From Peptococcia bacterium (GTDB lineage: Bacteria; Bacillota; Peptococcia; DRI-13; DTU073): a stretch of DNA of 64,000 bases. Below the pieces are notes generated by a model. The model did not search any database, had not been told where the DNA came from, and saw only the letters and a program-made list of their open reading frames with translations. The translations under genes were made by a program, and so were the position numbers. How positions within the stretch are numbered: position 1 is the stretch's first letter; each line of letters starts with the position of its first letter. Shown piece after piece: positions 18,635 through 26,555 of this stretch. The stretch covers positions 364,434 through 428,433 of the forward strand of contig JBMNJI010000006.1 in the NCBI GenBank assembly GCA_050951585.1, read 5' to 3'.

Positions 18635-19408
18635 TTATTCTGACTTTTTCCATGCGCCACTTACTTTAACGTGGATTTCGTCTATCTGTTTCCAGACCCC
18701 GTTTACTTTTACCCATCCATCATCATAGCTTTTGTATACTCCGCCTATTTTGGGTTTTAAGTTTGGTGGTGTCCACCAAACAATCGTGTACGCTCCGTCT
18801 GCATCTGTTGTATCAGATACCAAGAGGGAAGATAAAAGATTCAAAGCGGGACGAACGCCGTAGCGATCAGTGTGAGCAAGGTGGTCGTTCAGCGTACCGT
18901 CCGCGTAGACATAGCGAGCGTAGTGAGCGTACGAGGAGCTCGGCGTTCTCAACCACCAATACCAAGCGTTACCGATAGCAGATGGTTTAGAGCTTGATAG
19001 AGTATTATTGAAAGCCTGTGCGGTCAAATACGCAATACGAGCAGCATTGCTTGTATAAAATCCCCATGCTGTTCCTTCTGCCGTACCACCTTCGTTAGCC
19101 AAGCCGACTTCGGTAGTAGAGGGGAGGAATACTTTCCGGGTAATGTCCTCATACCCACCCCCATCGACCGAAGGTTTAACAACTCTCAAAGGAGTAGATA
19201 AAATCGCATTCTTTTCTTCCGTACTAAAATGATTTAGAAACCCCGGACGAGTATCGTATGGCGTGTTGTTATTCACATTAGCAGCATTAGGAGCTTGGTC
19301 GTAAGTATGTTGTCCGACATACCAAGCACCCGCCGCCGAATCTTTATTTAGCCATTGGTCGATATTAGATACGGAATATATGAAACAAACGGGTATAATA
19401 ATAAACAA
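18635..19408 (-). CDS. DUF6273-like phage protein (tail-fibre-associated type), apparently N-terminally truncated
   Basis: WWLRTPSS...YGVRPALNL signature. The ORF opens at IDQWLNKD, a motif that is normally internal. Its 5' end abuts the repressor RBS. Confidence 0.65.
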   Translation of the reverse strand: MFIIIPVCFIYSVSNIDQWLNKDSAAGAWYVGQHTYDQAPNAANVNNNTPYDTRPGFLNHFSTEEKNAILSTPLRVVKPSVDGGGYEDITRKVFLPSTTEVGLANEGGTAEGTAWGFYTSNAARIAYLTAQAFNNTLSSSKPSAIGNAWYWWLRTPSSSYAHYARYVYADGTLNDHLAHTDRYGVRPALNLLSSLLVSDTTDADGAYTIVWWTPPNLKPKIGGVYKSYDDGWVKVNGVWKQIDEIHVKVSGAWKKSE

Positions 19409-19423
19409 AGGAGGTGCGCAGAT

Positions 19424-19966
19424 ATGAAGAAAAATGACGGATTTTCTATTAAAAAATTTGCAACACGGCTGTTTACACTCAGAAACGAAGCCGGCTACAC
19501 ACAGGAAGAAGTTTGTAAATTACTACTGGAAAGATACCAATATGAAACAAATAAAGGGATGATATCGAAATATGAGAACGGAAAACACGAACCAAACATA
19601 TACTTTGTCAACATTGTCTCGGATTTGTTTGGAGTAAGCATGGAGTATCTTTCCGGCAAAACGGATGAAAAATACGCTCAAAGCAGCACGGAGAACTGTT
19701 GCCATATTCCCATAGTAGGAGCAATAGCCGCCGGGTTCCCTCTTTTAGCTACGGAAAACATAGAAGGTTTTGAGTGTGTTCAACCAAATCCGCGCGTAGA
19801 TTTTTGCCTTCGCGTTAAAGGCGATTCCATGATCGGGGCAAGAATTTTAAATGGAGATTTAGTTTTTATTCGCCGACAACCAGATGTAGAAAACGGAGAG
19901 ATCGCCGCCGTCCTGATTGAAGATGAGTCCACACTAAAAAGAGTTTTCAAGGTAAAAGGAGATTAA
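19424..19966 (+). CDS. phage repressor, XRE HTH + LexA/S24 peptidase domain, C-terminally short
   Basis: ATG follows AAAGGAGGTG. HTH is YTQEEVCKLL, Ser motif is KGDSM and Lys motif is TLKR. The protein ends 8 residues after the TLKR motif. Confidence 0.85.
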   Translation: MKKNDGFSIKKFATRLFTLRNEAGYTQEEVCKLLLERYQYETNKGMISKYENGKHEPNIYFVNIVSDLFGVSMEYLSGKTDEKYAQSSTENCCHIPIVGAIAAGFPLLATENIEGFECVQPNPRVDFCLRVKGDSMIGARILNGDLVFIRRQPDVENGEIAAVLIEDESTLKRVFKVKGD

Positions 19967-19988
19967 AAAAGCGGTTAACGAAAGAGAA

Positions 19989-20903
19989 TTGGAAATAGCC
20001 GAAGGAAAAATAACCATAGTATCAAATAAGAGGTTTTCTTCATGGGCTCTAGAGTGGCTAGATTTAAACAGAAACAGACTATCCCCTTCCACCGTCTCCT
20101 TGTATAAGACATATATAAACACTCACTTTATACCCTACTTTGGTAACACAAAATTAGATAAGATAAGCGAGTTAATGATTAGACGATTTATTAATATTAA
20201 ATTGGAGTCGCTTAAGTCGGGAACGGTCCGGAAATTGTTCTTTGTTTTATCAGAAATACTACAGGTTGCCCTTAAACGAAAGAACCCTTGTCAGGATATA
20301 GATGCCCCTCCAAAGGACGATTCTAAGCCATATGTGTTATCTGACAACGAATTTAATCAAATACACGAGGCTTTTATAGGAACAAAGTATGAACCGATAA
20401 TATTGCTGGCCGGACAATGCGGTTTGCGAAGGGGTGAAATATTCGCTTTAAAATGGGATGATATTGACTGGCAAAATAACATTATCCGGATTGATGAAAA
20501 CCGCTGTATTAATGACAAAGGGAACTATGAAGATAAGTCACCTAAAAGCAAAAATGGCGTTAGGGAAGTTGTTGCCACGGAATATATCATTGGGCTATTA
20601 GATAAAATACGGGGTACGCAAAAGGAAATAAGAAAATATATATTCGAGGGACGGCCGGACAACTTCTCCAGCAGATGGGCTGAGCTACGAACGAAAAAGA
20701 AGATCCCCCCCATCCGCTTCCACGACTTAAGACACTACCATGCTTCTTGGCTTTATTCCCAACACATACCCGACCAATACGCCGCTGAAAGACTAGGACA
20801 CGATGTGCAAATACTAAAAGCCATTTATCAACATCTCCACCTGGACAAAAGAAAAGAACTGGATCAGAAAATAATCCAGTTACAAAAAAGAAGCACCCAA
20901 TGA
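19989..20903 (+). CDS. int: tyrosine recombinase / phage integrase (no arm-binding N-domain)
   Basis: Catalytic pattern GLRRGE...HDLRHYHAS...LGHD...Y. TTG start. Lies 85 nt from the tRNA-Leu gene. Confidence 0.9.
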   Translation: MEIAEGKITIVSNKRFSSWALEWLDLNRNRLSPSTVSLYKTYINTHFIPYFGNTKLDKISELMIRRFINIKLESLKSGTVRKLFFVLSEILQVALKRKNPCQDIDAPPKDDSKPYVLSDNEFNQIHEAFIGTKYEPIILLAGQCGLRRGEIFALKWDDIDWQNNIIRIDENRCINDKGNYEDKSPKSKNGVREVVATEYIIGLLDKIRGTQKEIRKYIFEGRPDNFSSRWAELRTKKKIPPIRFHDLRHYHASWLYSQHIPDQYAAERLGHDVQILKAIYQHLHLDKRKELDQKIIQLQKRSTQ

Positions 20904-20933
20904 CGGGTGCTTTTCATATTTTAAAAAGTGTTC

Positions 20934-20951
20934 GGTTTTTGTGCGGTATTT
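20934..20951 (+). repeat. copy of the GGTTTTTGTGCGGTATTT block near the integrase-proximal att
   Basis: Matches 9734-9752 apart from one extra T there. It is in the same orientation. Confidence 0.5.
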
Positions 20952-20987
20952 TGATTTTTGAAACCGAACTGATATCCTTGAAAGTGT

Positions 20988-21074
20988 TGGTGCGGCTGAG
21001 AGGACTTGAACCTCCATGCCCTTGCGAGCACTAGAACCTGAATCTAGCGCGTCTGCCAATTCCGCCACAGCCGC
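20988..21074 (-). tRNA. tRNA-Leu(CAG), class II with long variable arm
   Basis: Folded by hand: acceptor GCGGCTG/CAGCCGC, anticodon loop TTCAGGT, encoded CCA. 87 nt. Confidence 0.95.
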
Positions 21075-21094
21075 AGGCATCGATAATAATATAG

Positions 21095-21170
21095 TGGCTG
21101 GGGCGGCAGGACTCGAACCTACGAATGACGGAGTCAAAGTCCGTTGCCTTACCGACTTGGCTACGCCCCA
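21095..21170 (-). tRNA. tRNA-Gln(UUG)
   Basis: Acceptor TGGGGCG/CGCCCCA, anticodon loop CTTTGAC, encoded CCA. Confidence 0.9.
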
Positions 21171-21212
21171 ATATTTTTCTATCAGTATTTAAAGCAATCT
21201 ATCAAGGAAAAA

Positions 21213-21299
<87 letters not shown>

Positions 21300-21304
21300 A
21301 ATTG

Positions 21305-21380
21305 TGGAGCCGACGATGGGACTCGAACCCGCAACCTGCTGATTACAAGTCAGCTGCTCTACCAATTGAGCTACATCGGC
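21305..21380 (-). tRNA. tRNA-Thr(UGU)
   Basis: Anticodon loop CTTGTAA, T-arm GGTTCGAGTCC, encoded CCA. Confidence 0.9.
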
Positions 21381-21393
21381 ATTAAAGGTAAAA

Positions 21394-21470
21394 TGGCGGA
21401 GCTGACGAGAGTCGAACTCGCGATCTCCTGCGTGACAGGCAGGCATGTTAGGCCACTACACCACAGCTCC
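21394..21470 (-). tRNA. tRNA-Asp(GUC)
   Basis: Anticodon loop CTGTCAC, encoded CCA. Confidence 0.9.
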
Positions 21471-21497
21471 ATGATATACAATTAAATTTTGGTAGAT

Positions 21498-21572
21498 TGG
21501 TGACCCGGACGGGAGTCGAACCCGTGTCGCAGCCGTGAAAGGGCCGTGTCTTAACCACTTGACCACCGGGCC
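21498..21572 (-). tRNA. tRNA-Glu(UUC)
   Basis: Anticodon loop CTTTCAC, encoded CCA. Confidence 0.9.
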
Positions 21573-21589
21573 ATATTATTTTGAACGTT

Positions 21590-21666
21590 TGGTCGGGGCA
21601 GAGGGATTTGAACCCCCGACACCCTGGTCCCAAACCAGGTGCGCTACCAAACTGCGCTATGCCCCG
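21590..21666 (-). tRNA. tRNA-Pro(UGG)
   Basis: Anticodon loop TTTGGGA, encoded CCA. Confidence 0.9.
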
Positions 21667-21704
21667 TCTGTGACGTTTGCCCCGTCTTTGACGTGACAAA
21701 TTAT

Positions 21705-21733
21705 ATATTAACAAATAGTTGAGAAGAGGTCAA
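21705..21733 (-). promoter_or_regulatory. sigma-A-type promoter of the tRNA operon
   Basis: On the minus strand: TTGACC (21733-21728), 17-nt spacer, TAATAT (21710-21705). Lies about 40 nt upstream of tRNA-Pro. Confidence 0.6.
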
Positions 21734-21835
21734 GTGTTTTTAAGCAAGTTTTTGCACGAAATCATGTCTAATTATTGAGAGAGCATCATAAATTTAACAT
21801 ATACAATTACAAGCATCCAAAGGAGTGATTGCTAT

Positions 21836-22651
21836 ATGTCCCAGGAACAAGATCAGGCTACCCGAGACCAGACTATTCTCAAAAACATTGACCTACTTAT
21901 CTATTTTATCATAAAACTCGCGTATGCGAAATATGAGGAACAAGAAAAGTATCTGGAAAATATCGAAGAGCTATTAGCCAACACTTCTCCTCTGCTTTTA
22001 CAATTAACAGACGGAAAACAAGAATTACTCGAACCGATGTACAAGCAACTGCTCTCCCAAAAAATACCCCATGATGAACTAATCAATAATTTTGCCGGCA
22101 TCAAAATGGCTCTAGACAAAGTTTTTACTGTACTGGCAATGCAAACAAAAATAACTGCCGGCAGTTCCGCCGACATTTGCGCCGGTTGTTCGGCAGATTT
22201 TCATTCCGCACCGGTAACAAAACTTGACTCCACAGTTGAATTGCCGATTGATGAACCGGCCAAGACCACCCCCGCATCAAGAACAGAAATAAATACGCCT
22301 GCCAAAAATGACCCCTTACCGCCGGAAGTCATCCTCGAAAAACTATTACAAACAATCTATCCGCAGGAAAAAATCATCCGTAATCACTATCTCCACAATA
22401 TAAAGCTGGACTACTATTTACCGGAACAAAAAATCGCCATCCTCCTGGTCTCTCTCCCCCACCGTACTCCGACCGGTCTAAAAATGCTCAGCCACAAAGC
22501 AGGCTTAAAATTAATCGAAATCTCCCAGGATGATTTTTACAACCTGCCTTTATCATGGGAAAAGCTTGCACGTTCTTTGCCCAAACTACTTATCATGAGA
22601 AACCAGATAAGAAACAAGAATACTAATCTCATACAGGAGGAGCATCGGTAA
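21836..22651 (+). CDS. hypothetical protein
   Basis: 271 aa ORF following AAAGGAG. Helical N-terminal half and Pro/Thr-rich linker. The C-terminal part (IKLDYYLPEQKIAILLVS) is faintly endonuclease-fold-like. The 3' end overlaps tatC convergently by 66 nt. Confidence 0.5.
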   Translation: MSQEQDQATRDQTILKNIDLLIYFIIKLAYAKYEEQEKYLENIEELLANTSPLLLQLTDGKQELLEPMYKQLLSQKIPHDELINNFAGIKMALDKVFTVLAMQTKITAGSSADICAGCSADFHSAPVTKLDSTVELPIDEPAKTTPASRTEINTPAKNDPLPPEVILEKLLQTIYPQEKIIRNHYLHNIKLDYYLPEQKIAILLVSLPHRTPTGLKMLSHKAGLKLIEISQDDFYNLPLSWEKLARSLPKLLIMRNQIRNKNTNLIQEEHR

Positions 22652-23323
22652 AGCCAGTAAGACCTGTGAGATAACATCGGGCGGAGTAAGGATGGCCGCG
22701 AGAATAAAGATGGCCAGAATTATATAGCGCCGTTTTTTTCGTAGCTGGGCCGGGGTAATCAGCTTCATTTTCGTTAGTAATAAAACAAGCACCGGAATTT
22801 CAAAAATTGCGCCAAAAGGTAACAGAAAAGCAACGATAAATGATAGATATTTAGTGGCGGAAAGCATCGTATTTAGACCGGCATTAAACTCCAGCAATAA
22901 GAATTTTAAGGCGAGATCAAGCACTACCGTATATGCAAAAACTACTCCCGCCCCAAATAAAACTACGGTCGTAATAAATAAAGTCCAAAACAACTTCCGC
23001 TCATTGGAATAAAGGGCTGGTAAGATAAAGGCACTACCCTGCCACAAAATCACCGGCAAAGCAAGAAAAAAACCGCCCCAAAAGGCTATTTTGATTTGAA
23101 AATAAAAACCCTCGGTAACAGCAATTAGGACGAGCTCCTGATTAAGCCTTTGCAAGGGTGCCATCAAGAGCTCAGAAAGCAGTTCCTGCCCCCAGAAAAA
23201 GCAAACGACCACACCGAAAAAAAGAGCTGCCAGGGAAATAATCAATCTCTTGCGCAGCTCCATTAAATGCGTGGTCAGGGTAAGTTTTGGATCATTGTTA
23301 CTGTTTATCATCTTTGAATTCAT
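22586..23323 (-). CDS. tatC: twin-arginine translocase subunit TatC
   Basis: [11 protein letters not shown]-terminal motif and six TM segments. ATG at 23323 follows AAGGA; the track start at 23383 overlaps tatA. Confidence 0.85.
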   Translation of the reverse strand: MNSKMINSNNDPKLTLTTHLMELRKRLIISLAALFFGVVVCFFWGQELLSELLMAPLQRLNQELVLIAVTEGFYFQIKIAFWGGFFLALPVILWQGSAFILPALYSNERKLFWTLFITTVVLFGAGVVFAYTVVLDLALKFLLLEFNAGLNTMLSATKYLSFIVAFLLPFGAIFEIPVLVLLLTKMKLITPAQLRKKRRYIILAIFILAAILTPPDVISQVLLALPMLLLYEISILVSYLVSHDK

Positions 23324-23474
23324 CTTCAAGATCCTTTTTAGCCTTCTTAAATTCCGACATGGCCTTTCCCAAAGACCGGCCAATTTCCGGCAGCTTTCCC
23401 GGACCGAACAGAATTAAAACGAGGACTAAAATAAGTAATAATTCGGGTACTCCTATTGAAAACAATTGGCCCAC
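23298..23474 (-). CDS. tatA: twin-arginine translocase subunit TatA/E
   Basis: [37 protein letters not shown]. Start is uncertain (GTG at 23474 or TTG at 23489). The track ORF extends spuriously into the tRNA. Confidence 0.8.
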   Translation of the reverse strand: MGQLFSIGVPELLLILVLVLILFGPGKLPEIGRSLGKAMSEFKKAKKDLEDEFKDDKQ

Positions 23475-23535
23475 CCCCGATATCTTCAAACAACCATTGT
23501 TGTATCCTATGTCTAATAATACTAGAAAAAACAAA

Positions 23536-23613
23536 TGGTCGGAGCGACTGGACTTGAACCAGCGGCCTCCACCACCCCAAGATGGCGCTCTAGCCAAACT
23601 GAGCTACGCCCCG
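23536..23613 (-). tRNA. tRNA-Pro(GGG)
   Basis: Acceptor CGGGGCG/CGCTCCG (one G-U pair), anticodon loop TTGGGGT, encoded CCA. Confidence 0.85.
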
Positions 23614-23627
23614 AAGCCACATACATT

Positions 23628-23657
23628 ATTATATAATCGATAAAGCGATACTGTCAA
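23628..23657 (-). promoter_or_regulatory. sigma-A-type promoter upstream of tRNA-Pro(GGG)-tatAC
   Basis: On the minus strand: TTGACA (23657-23652), 18-nt spacer, TATAAT (23633-23628). Confidence 0.55.
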
Positions 23658-23776
23658 GAACAACTTCCTGCCGGAAAAGCAAACATCCTAGCGGAAAAGC
23701 GAACGGACAAAAGAGCTACAGTCCAAACAACAGCAATAAAGCCAGATGATTAAAGTCTCCCCCTGCGCAAAAACTG

Positions 23777-24673
23777 TTAAATAAAAGTGTACTTTGTCCC
23801 CTCACAGGAGATGTTTAACCGGAAAATCTCCGCCTTAATGCCGGCACGCCGCCAGGTGTTTTTCATGGCTTCGCCGATCTCTTCATCAGCGCGGTTACAG
23901 AAAGCTAAAACTGACGGACCTGCGCCGCTCAAACAACTTCCTAATGCACCCTGTGCCTGTGCGGTAGCCATGACCTCTTGTAACCCCGGCACTAAAGGCG
24001 TCCGGTAAGGTTGATGAAGACGATCCTCCATCGCCAGCCCCAACATTTGAAAATGACCTGTTAAGATGGCCGTCATAAACAAACCAAAATGTCCCGCGTT
24101 AAAAACGGCATCCTGACGTGATACCTGCGTCGGCAATACTTTGCGGGCGGCTGAGGTGGCTAATTCAAAATCCGGCACGGCCACGATCACCCGTAACATG
24201 CTGGGCGGCTCCACCTTCAGGTATTTAATGCCATCCTGGGAAGTGATCGAAACAACTAAACCGCCCAAATAGGCTGGTGCGGCATTATCGGGATGTCCCT
24301 CGATCCGGGTGGCCAAAGTGATAATTTCTTCCTGACTCAAATCGGCCTGTAAAAGCACATTGGCTGCCACAATTCCCGCGACAGTGAGCGTAGCGCTGCT
24401 TCCCAACCCCCGGGAACGGGGAACCTGGGCGCCGATAGCCACAAATAAATGGGGTGGCATCTTCTTTCCAGTCTTTTCGGCCACCAGGTTGAACCCTTGA
24501 TGAGCTAAACTACCCGCCGACAATTGGACAGCACCATGAGGCAAATCCGTAATACTACTCTTTTCCATACTGAAATACAACGTATTAACTAAATCCAAAG
24601 CGAGACCTACGCAATCAAAGCCGGGACCAAGATTAGCTGAAGTCGCCGGTACGCTTACTTTTAAGATCGCCAT
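23777..24673 (-). CDS. thrB: homoserine kinase
   Basis: 298 aa. GHMP kinase motifs PATSANLGPGFD and PRSRGLGSSA. Confidence 0.9.
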   Translation of the reverse strand: MAILKVSVPATSANLGPGFDCVGLALDLVNTLYFSMEKSSITDLPHGAVQLSAGSLAHQGFNLVAEKTGKKMPPHLFVAIGAQVPRSRGLGSSATLTVAGIVAANVLLQADLSQEEIITLATRIEGHPDNAAPAYLGGLVVSITSQDGIKYLKVEPPSMLRVIVAVPDFELATSAARKVLPTQVSRQDAVFNAGHFGLFMTAILTGHFQMLGLAMEDRLHQPYRTPLVPGLQEVMATAQAQGALGSCLSGAGPSVLAFCNRADEEIGEAMKNTWRRAGIKAEIFRLNISCEGTKYTFI

Positions 24674-24676
24674 ATC

Positions 24677-25969
24677 CTAATCCTCCACACCTTCAACTCT
24701 GATGACGCTTACAATTTCTTTGGTAATCGGCAGTTCTTTGATCACCTTTAAGGCATCCTGAATATCTTTTTCTTTGACTTGATGGGTGATCACGGCTAAC
24801 TCCGCCTCTTCCTTCAGATGACCCTTTTGCACAACTGAAGCCAGGCTCACCCCATAATTACCGAACACCCCGGCAATGCTCGCCAAAACCCCCGGTCGGT
24901 CTACGACAAGAATACGTAAAAAATAATTCGTCCTGATTTCGCCCATTGGTTTAATCTGTCTGCCTTCATAACATGAACAGGAAAGCCGTCCGGTACTCTG
25001 GGTACGAAGATTATTGATAACCTCCAGCAAATCCCCCGCCACGGAGCTGGCAGTAGGCAATTGGCCTGCTCCGCGCCCAAAAAACATGGTATCGCCAACG
25101 GCATCCCCTTTCACAAAGATCGCATTAAAAGCATCGTTCACATTTGCCAACGGATGATTTAACGGGATTAAAGCAGGGTGAACCCTTACTTCGACCTGTT
25201 TGCCGTCAGAAGTGCCTATCCCCAGTAATTTGATGGTATATCCTAATTCACGGGCATAATTAATATCCGCCGTGGATATCCCGGTAATTCCCTCCACAAA
25301 GACATCCTGTAATTTAATCCGCGTATGAAACGCAATCGAAGATAAGATGGCAATCTTCCTGGCTGCATCCAACCCTTCCACGTCAGCGGTCGGATCCGCC
25401 TCCGCATAACCTAATTCCTGCGCCTCCTGTAAGGCCTTTGCAAAACTAAGCCCACTTTGGGACATTCTCGTTAAAATATAATTCGTCGTTCCATTGATAA
25501 TACCCATGACTTTCTCAATATTATTGGCCAGCAAGCTTTGCTTGAGCGGACTAATAATGGGAATACCGCCGCCGACGCTTGCCTCAAAGTAGATATCCTG
25601 CCCTTTCCCTTCACAAGCATTAAATAGCTCAGCGCCATGTTCAGCCAGTAAATCTTTATTGGCTGTCACAATGTGTTTGCCGTTGGCTAAAGCCTCCAGA
25701 ATATACGTTCTGGCCGGTTCAATTCCGCCCATTAATTCGATGACCACTTTAATTTCCGGGTCATGCACAATTTCCTGCCAATTATCAGTAAGAACTCCCG
25801 CCGGTAATTCAACCTCTCTTTTTTTCTGCAGGTTTCTGACATAGACTTTTTTAATATTGATGGAAGAGTGACATTTTTTGGTCCATAACTTTTCATTTGC
25901 CTGTAAGATCTTCACAACACCCTGTCCAACAGTACCTAAGCCTAATATGGCGATATCGATTTTTTCCAT
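24677..25969 (-). CDS. hom: homoserine dehydrogenase
   Basis: 430 aa. N-terminal GLGTVG Rossmann motif and a C-terminal ACT domain. Confidence 0.9.
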   Translation of the reverse strand: MEKIDIAILGLGTVGQGVVKILQANEKLWTKKCHSSINIKKVYVRNLQKKREVELPAGVLTDNWQEIVHDPEIKVVIELMGGIEPARTYILEALANGKHIVTANKDLLAEHGAELFNACEGKGQDIYFEASVGGGIPIISPLKQSLLANNIEKVMGIINGTTNYILTRMSQSGLSFAKALQEAQELGYAEADPTADVEGLDAARKIAILSSIAFHTRIKLQDVFVEGITGISTADINYARELGYTIKLLGIGTSDGKQVEVRVHPALIPLNHPLANVNDAFNAIFVKGDAVGDTMFFGRGAGQLPTASSVAGDLLEVINNLRTQSTGRLSCSCYEGRQIKPMGEIRTNYFLRILVVDRPGVLASIAGVFGNYGVSLASVVQKGHLKEEAELAVITHQVKEKDIQDALKVIKELPITKEIVSVIRVEGVED

Positions 25970-25971
25970 GT

Positions 25972-26430
25972 TTATGCCTCCTTGCTCTGTCCGACTATTT
26001 CAACCTTTTTCACACCATTAAGGCAATGCAGCTTTGTTAGTAAAACGGCAATATCATCCTGCATCTCTCTAATATCAACACTTAATGTGGCCTGGGCAAC
26101 ATTTTGTAAAGGTAGCCCCTGATTGATCGTTAAAACGTTCCCGTTGAGCTCTGCTACAGCATTTAGGACATCAGAGAGCACGCCGGTCCGATGCTCTAAT
26201 ATTAAAGAAATTGTAATGATTTTTTCTTTACCGACTTGGTATAACGGAAGCACCCCGTCCCGGTATTTATAAAAGGCACTTCTGCTTAAGCCCACTTTCT
26301 CCACCGCTTCATTGACCGTAAAGGCCTCTCCCCGTTGCAAAAGCTCTTTCACCTGAACAGTCTTGATAATTGCTTCCGGGAGTATCTCCTTACTCACTAA
26401 ATAAAAATTTTTAAATTTTTCTTTCAGCAT
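25972..26430 (-). CDS. ACT domain-containing protein (UPF0735/PheB-like)
   Basis: 152 aa with an N-terminal HTH-like segment and an ACT domain. Lies directly upstream of hom. Confidence 0.75.
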   Translation of the reverse strand: MLKEKFKNFYLVSKEILPEAIIKTVQVKELLQRGEAFTVNEAVEKVGLSRSAFYKYRDGVLPLYQVGKEKIITISLILEHRTGVLSDVLNAVAELNGNVLTINQGLPLQNVAQATLSVDIREMQDDIAVLLTKLHCLNGVKKVEIVGQSKEA

Positions 26431-26484
26431 GGCAAGAACCTCCGGTGTCCTTCCTCTGTAGAACCCTATCTATGTATGGTAGAC

Positions 26485-26513
26485 ATTATATCATTTCCCT
26501 GTACGAACATCAA
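26485..26513 (-). promoter_or_regulatory. sigma-A-type promoter of ACT-hom-thrB
   Basis: On the minus strand: TTGATG (26513-26508), 17-nt spacer, TATAAT (26490-26485). Confidence 0.5.
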
Positions 26514-26525
26514 TCCACATTTCAC

Positions 26526-26553
26526 AAAAAAAAATCGGTCATGACGACCGATT
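26526..26553 (-). terminator. rho-independent terminator after spoIVA
   Basis: AATCGGTC (26533-26540) / GACCGATT (26546-26553), followed on the minus strand by a 9-nt T-run (plus-strand A-run 26526-26534). Confidence 0.75.
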
Positions 26554-26555
26554 TT

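Larger units (their letters stand above)
9532..21046. mobile_element. integrated phage-derived element (degraded prophage) in tRNA-Leu(CAG)
   Basis: Bounded by a 59-bp direct repeat, with a tyrosine recombinase next to the intact tRNA. Also carries a LexA-like repressor and a holin plus amidase cassette. No recognisable terminase, portal, capsid or replication genes. Confidence 0.85.

Noticed and set aside
21661-21695. Direct repeat GCCCCGTCT(G/T)TGACGT at the 5' end of tRNA-Pro(UGG) and in its leader
   Set aside because: It is a real 17-nt near-duplication but tiny. It is probably a leader-processing context or chance, and there is no evidence for a second att site or a mobile element.
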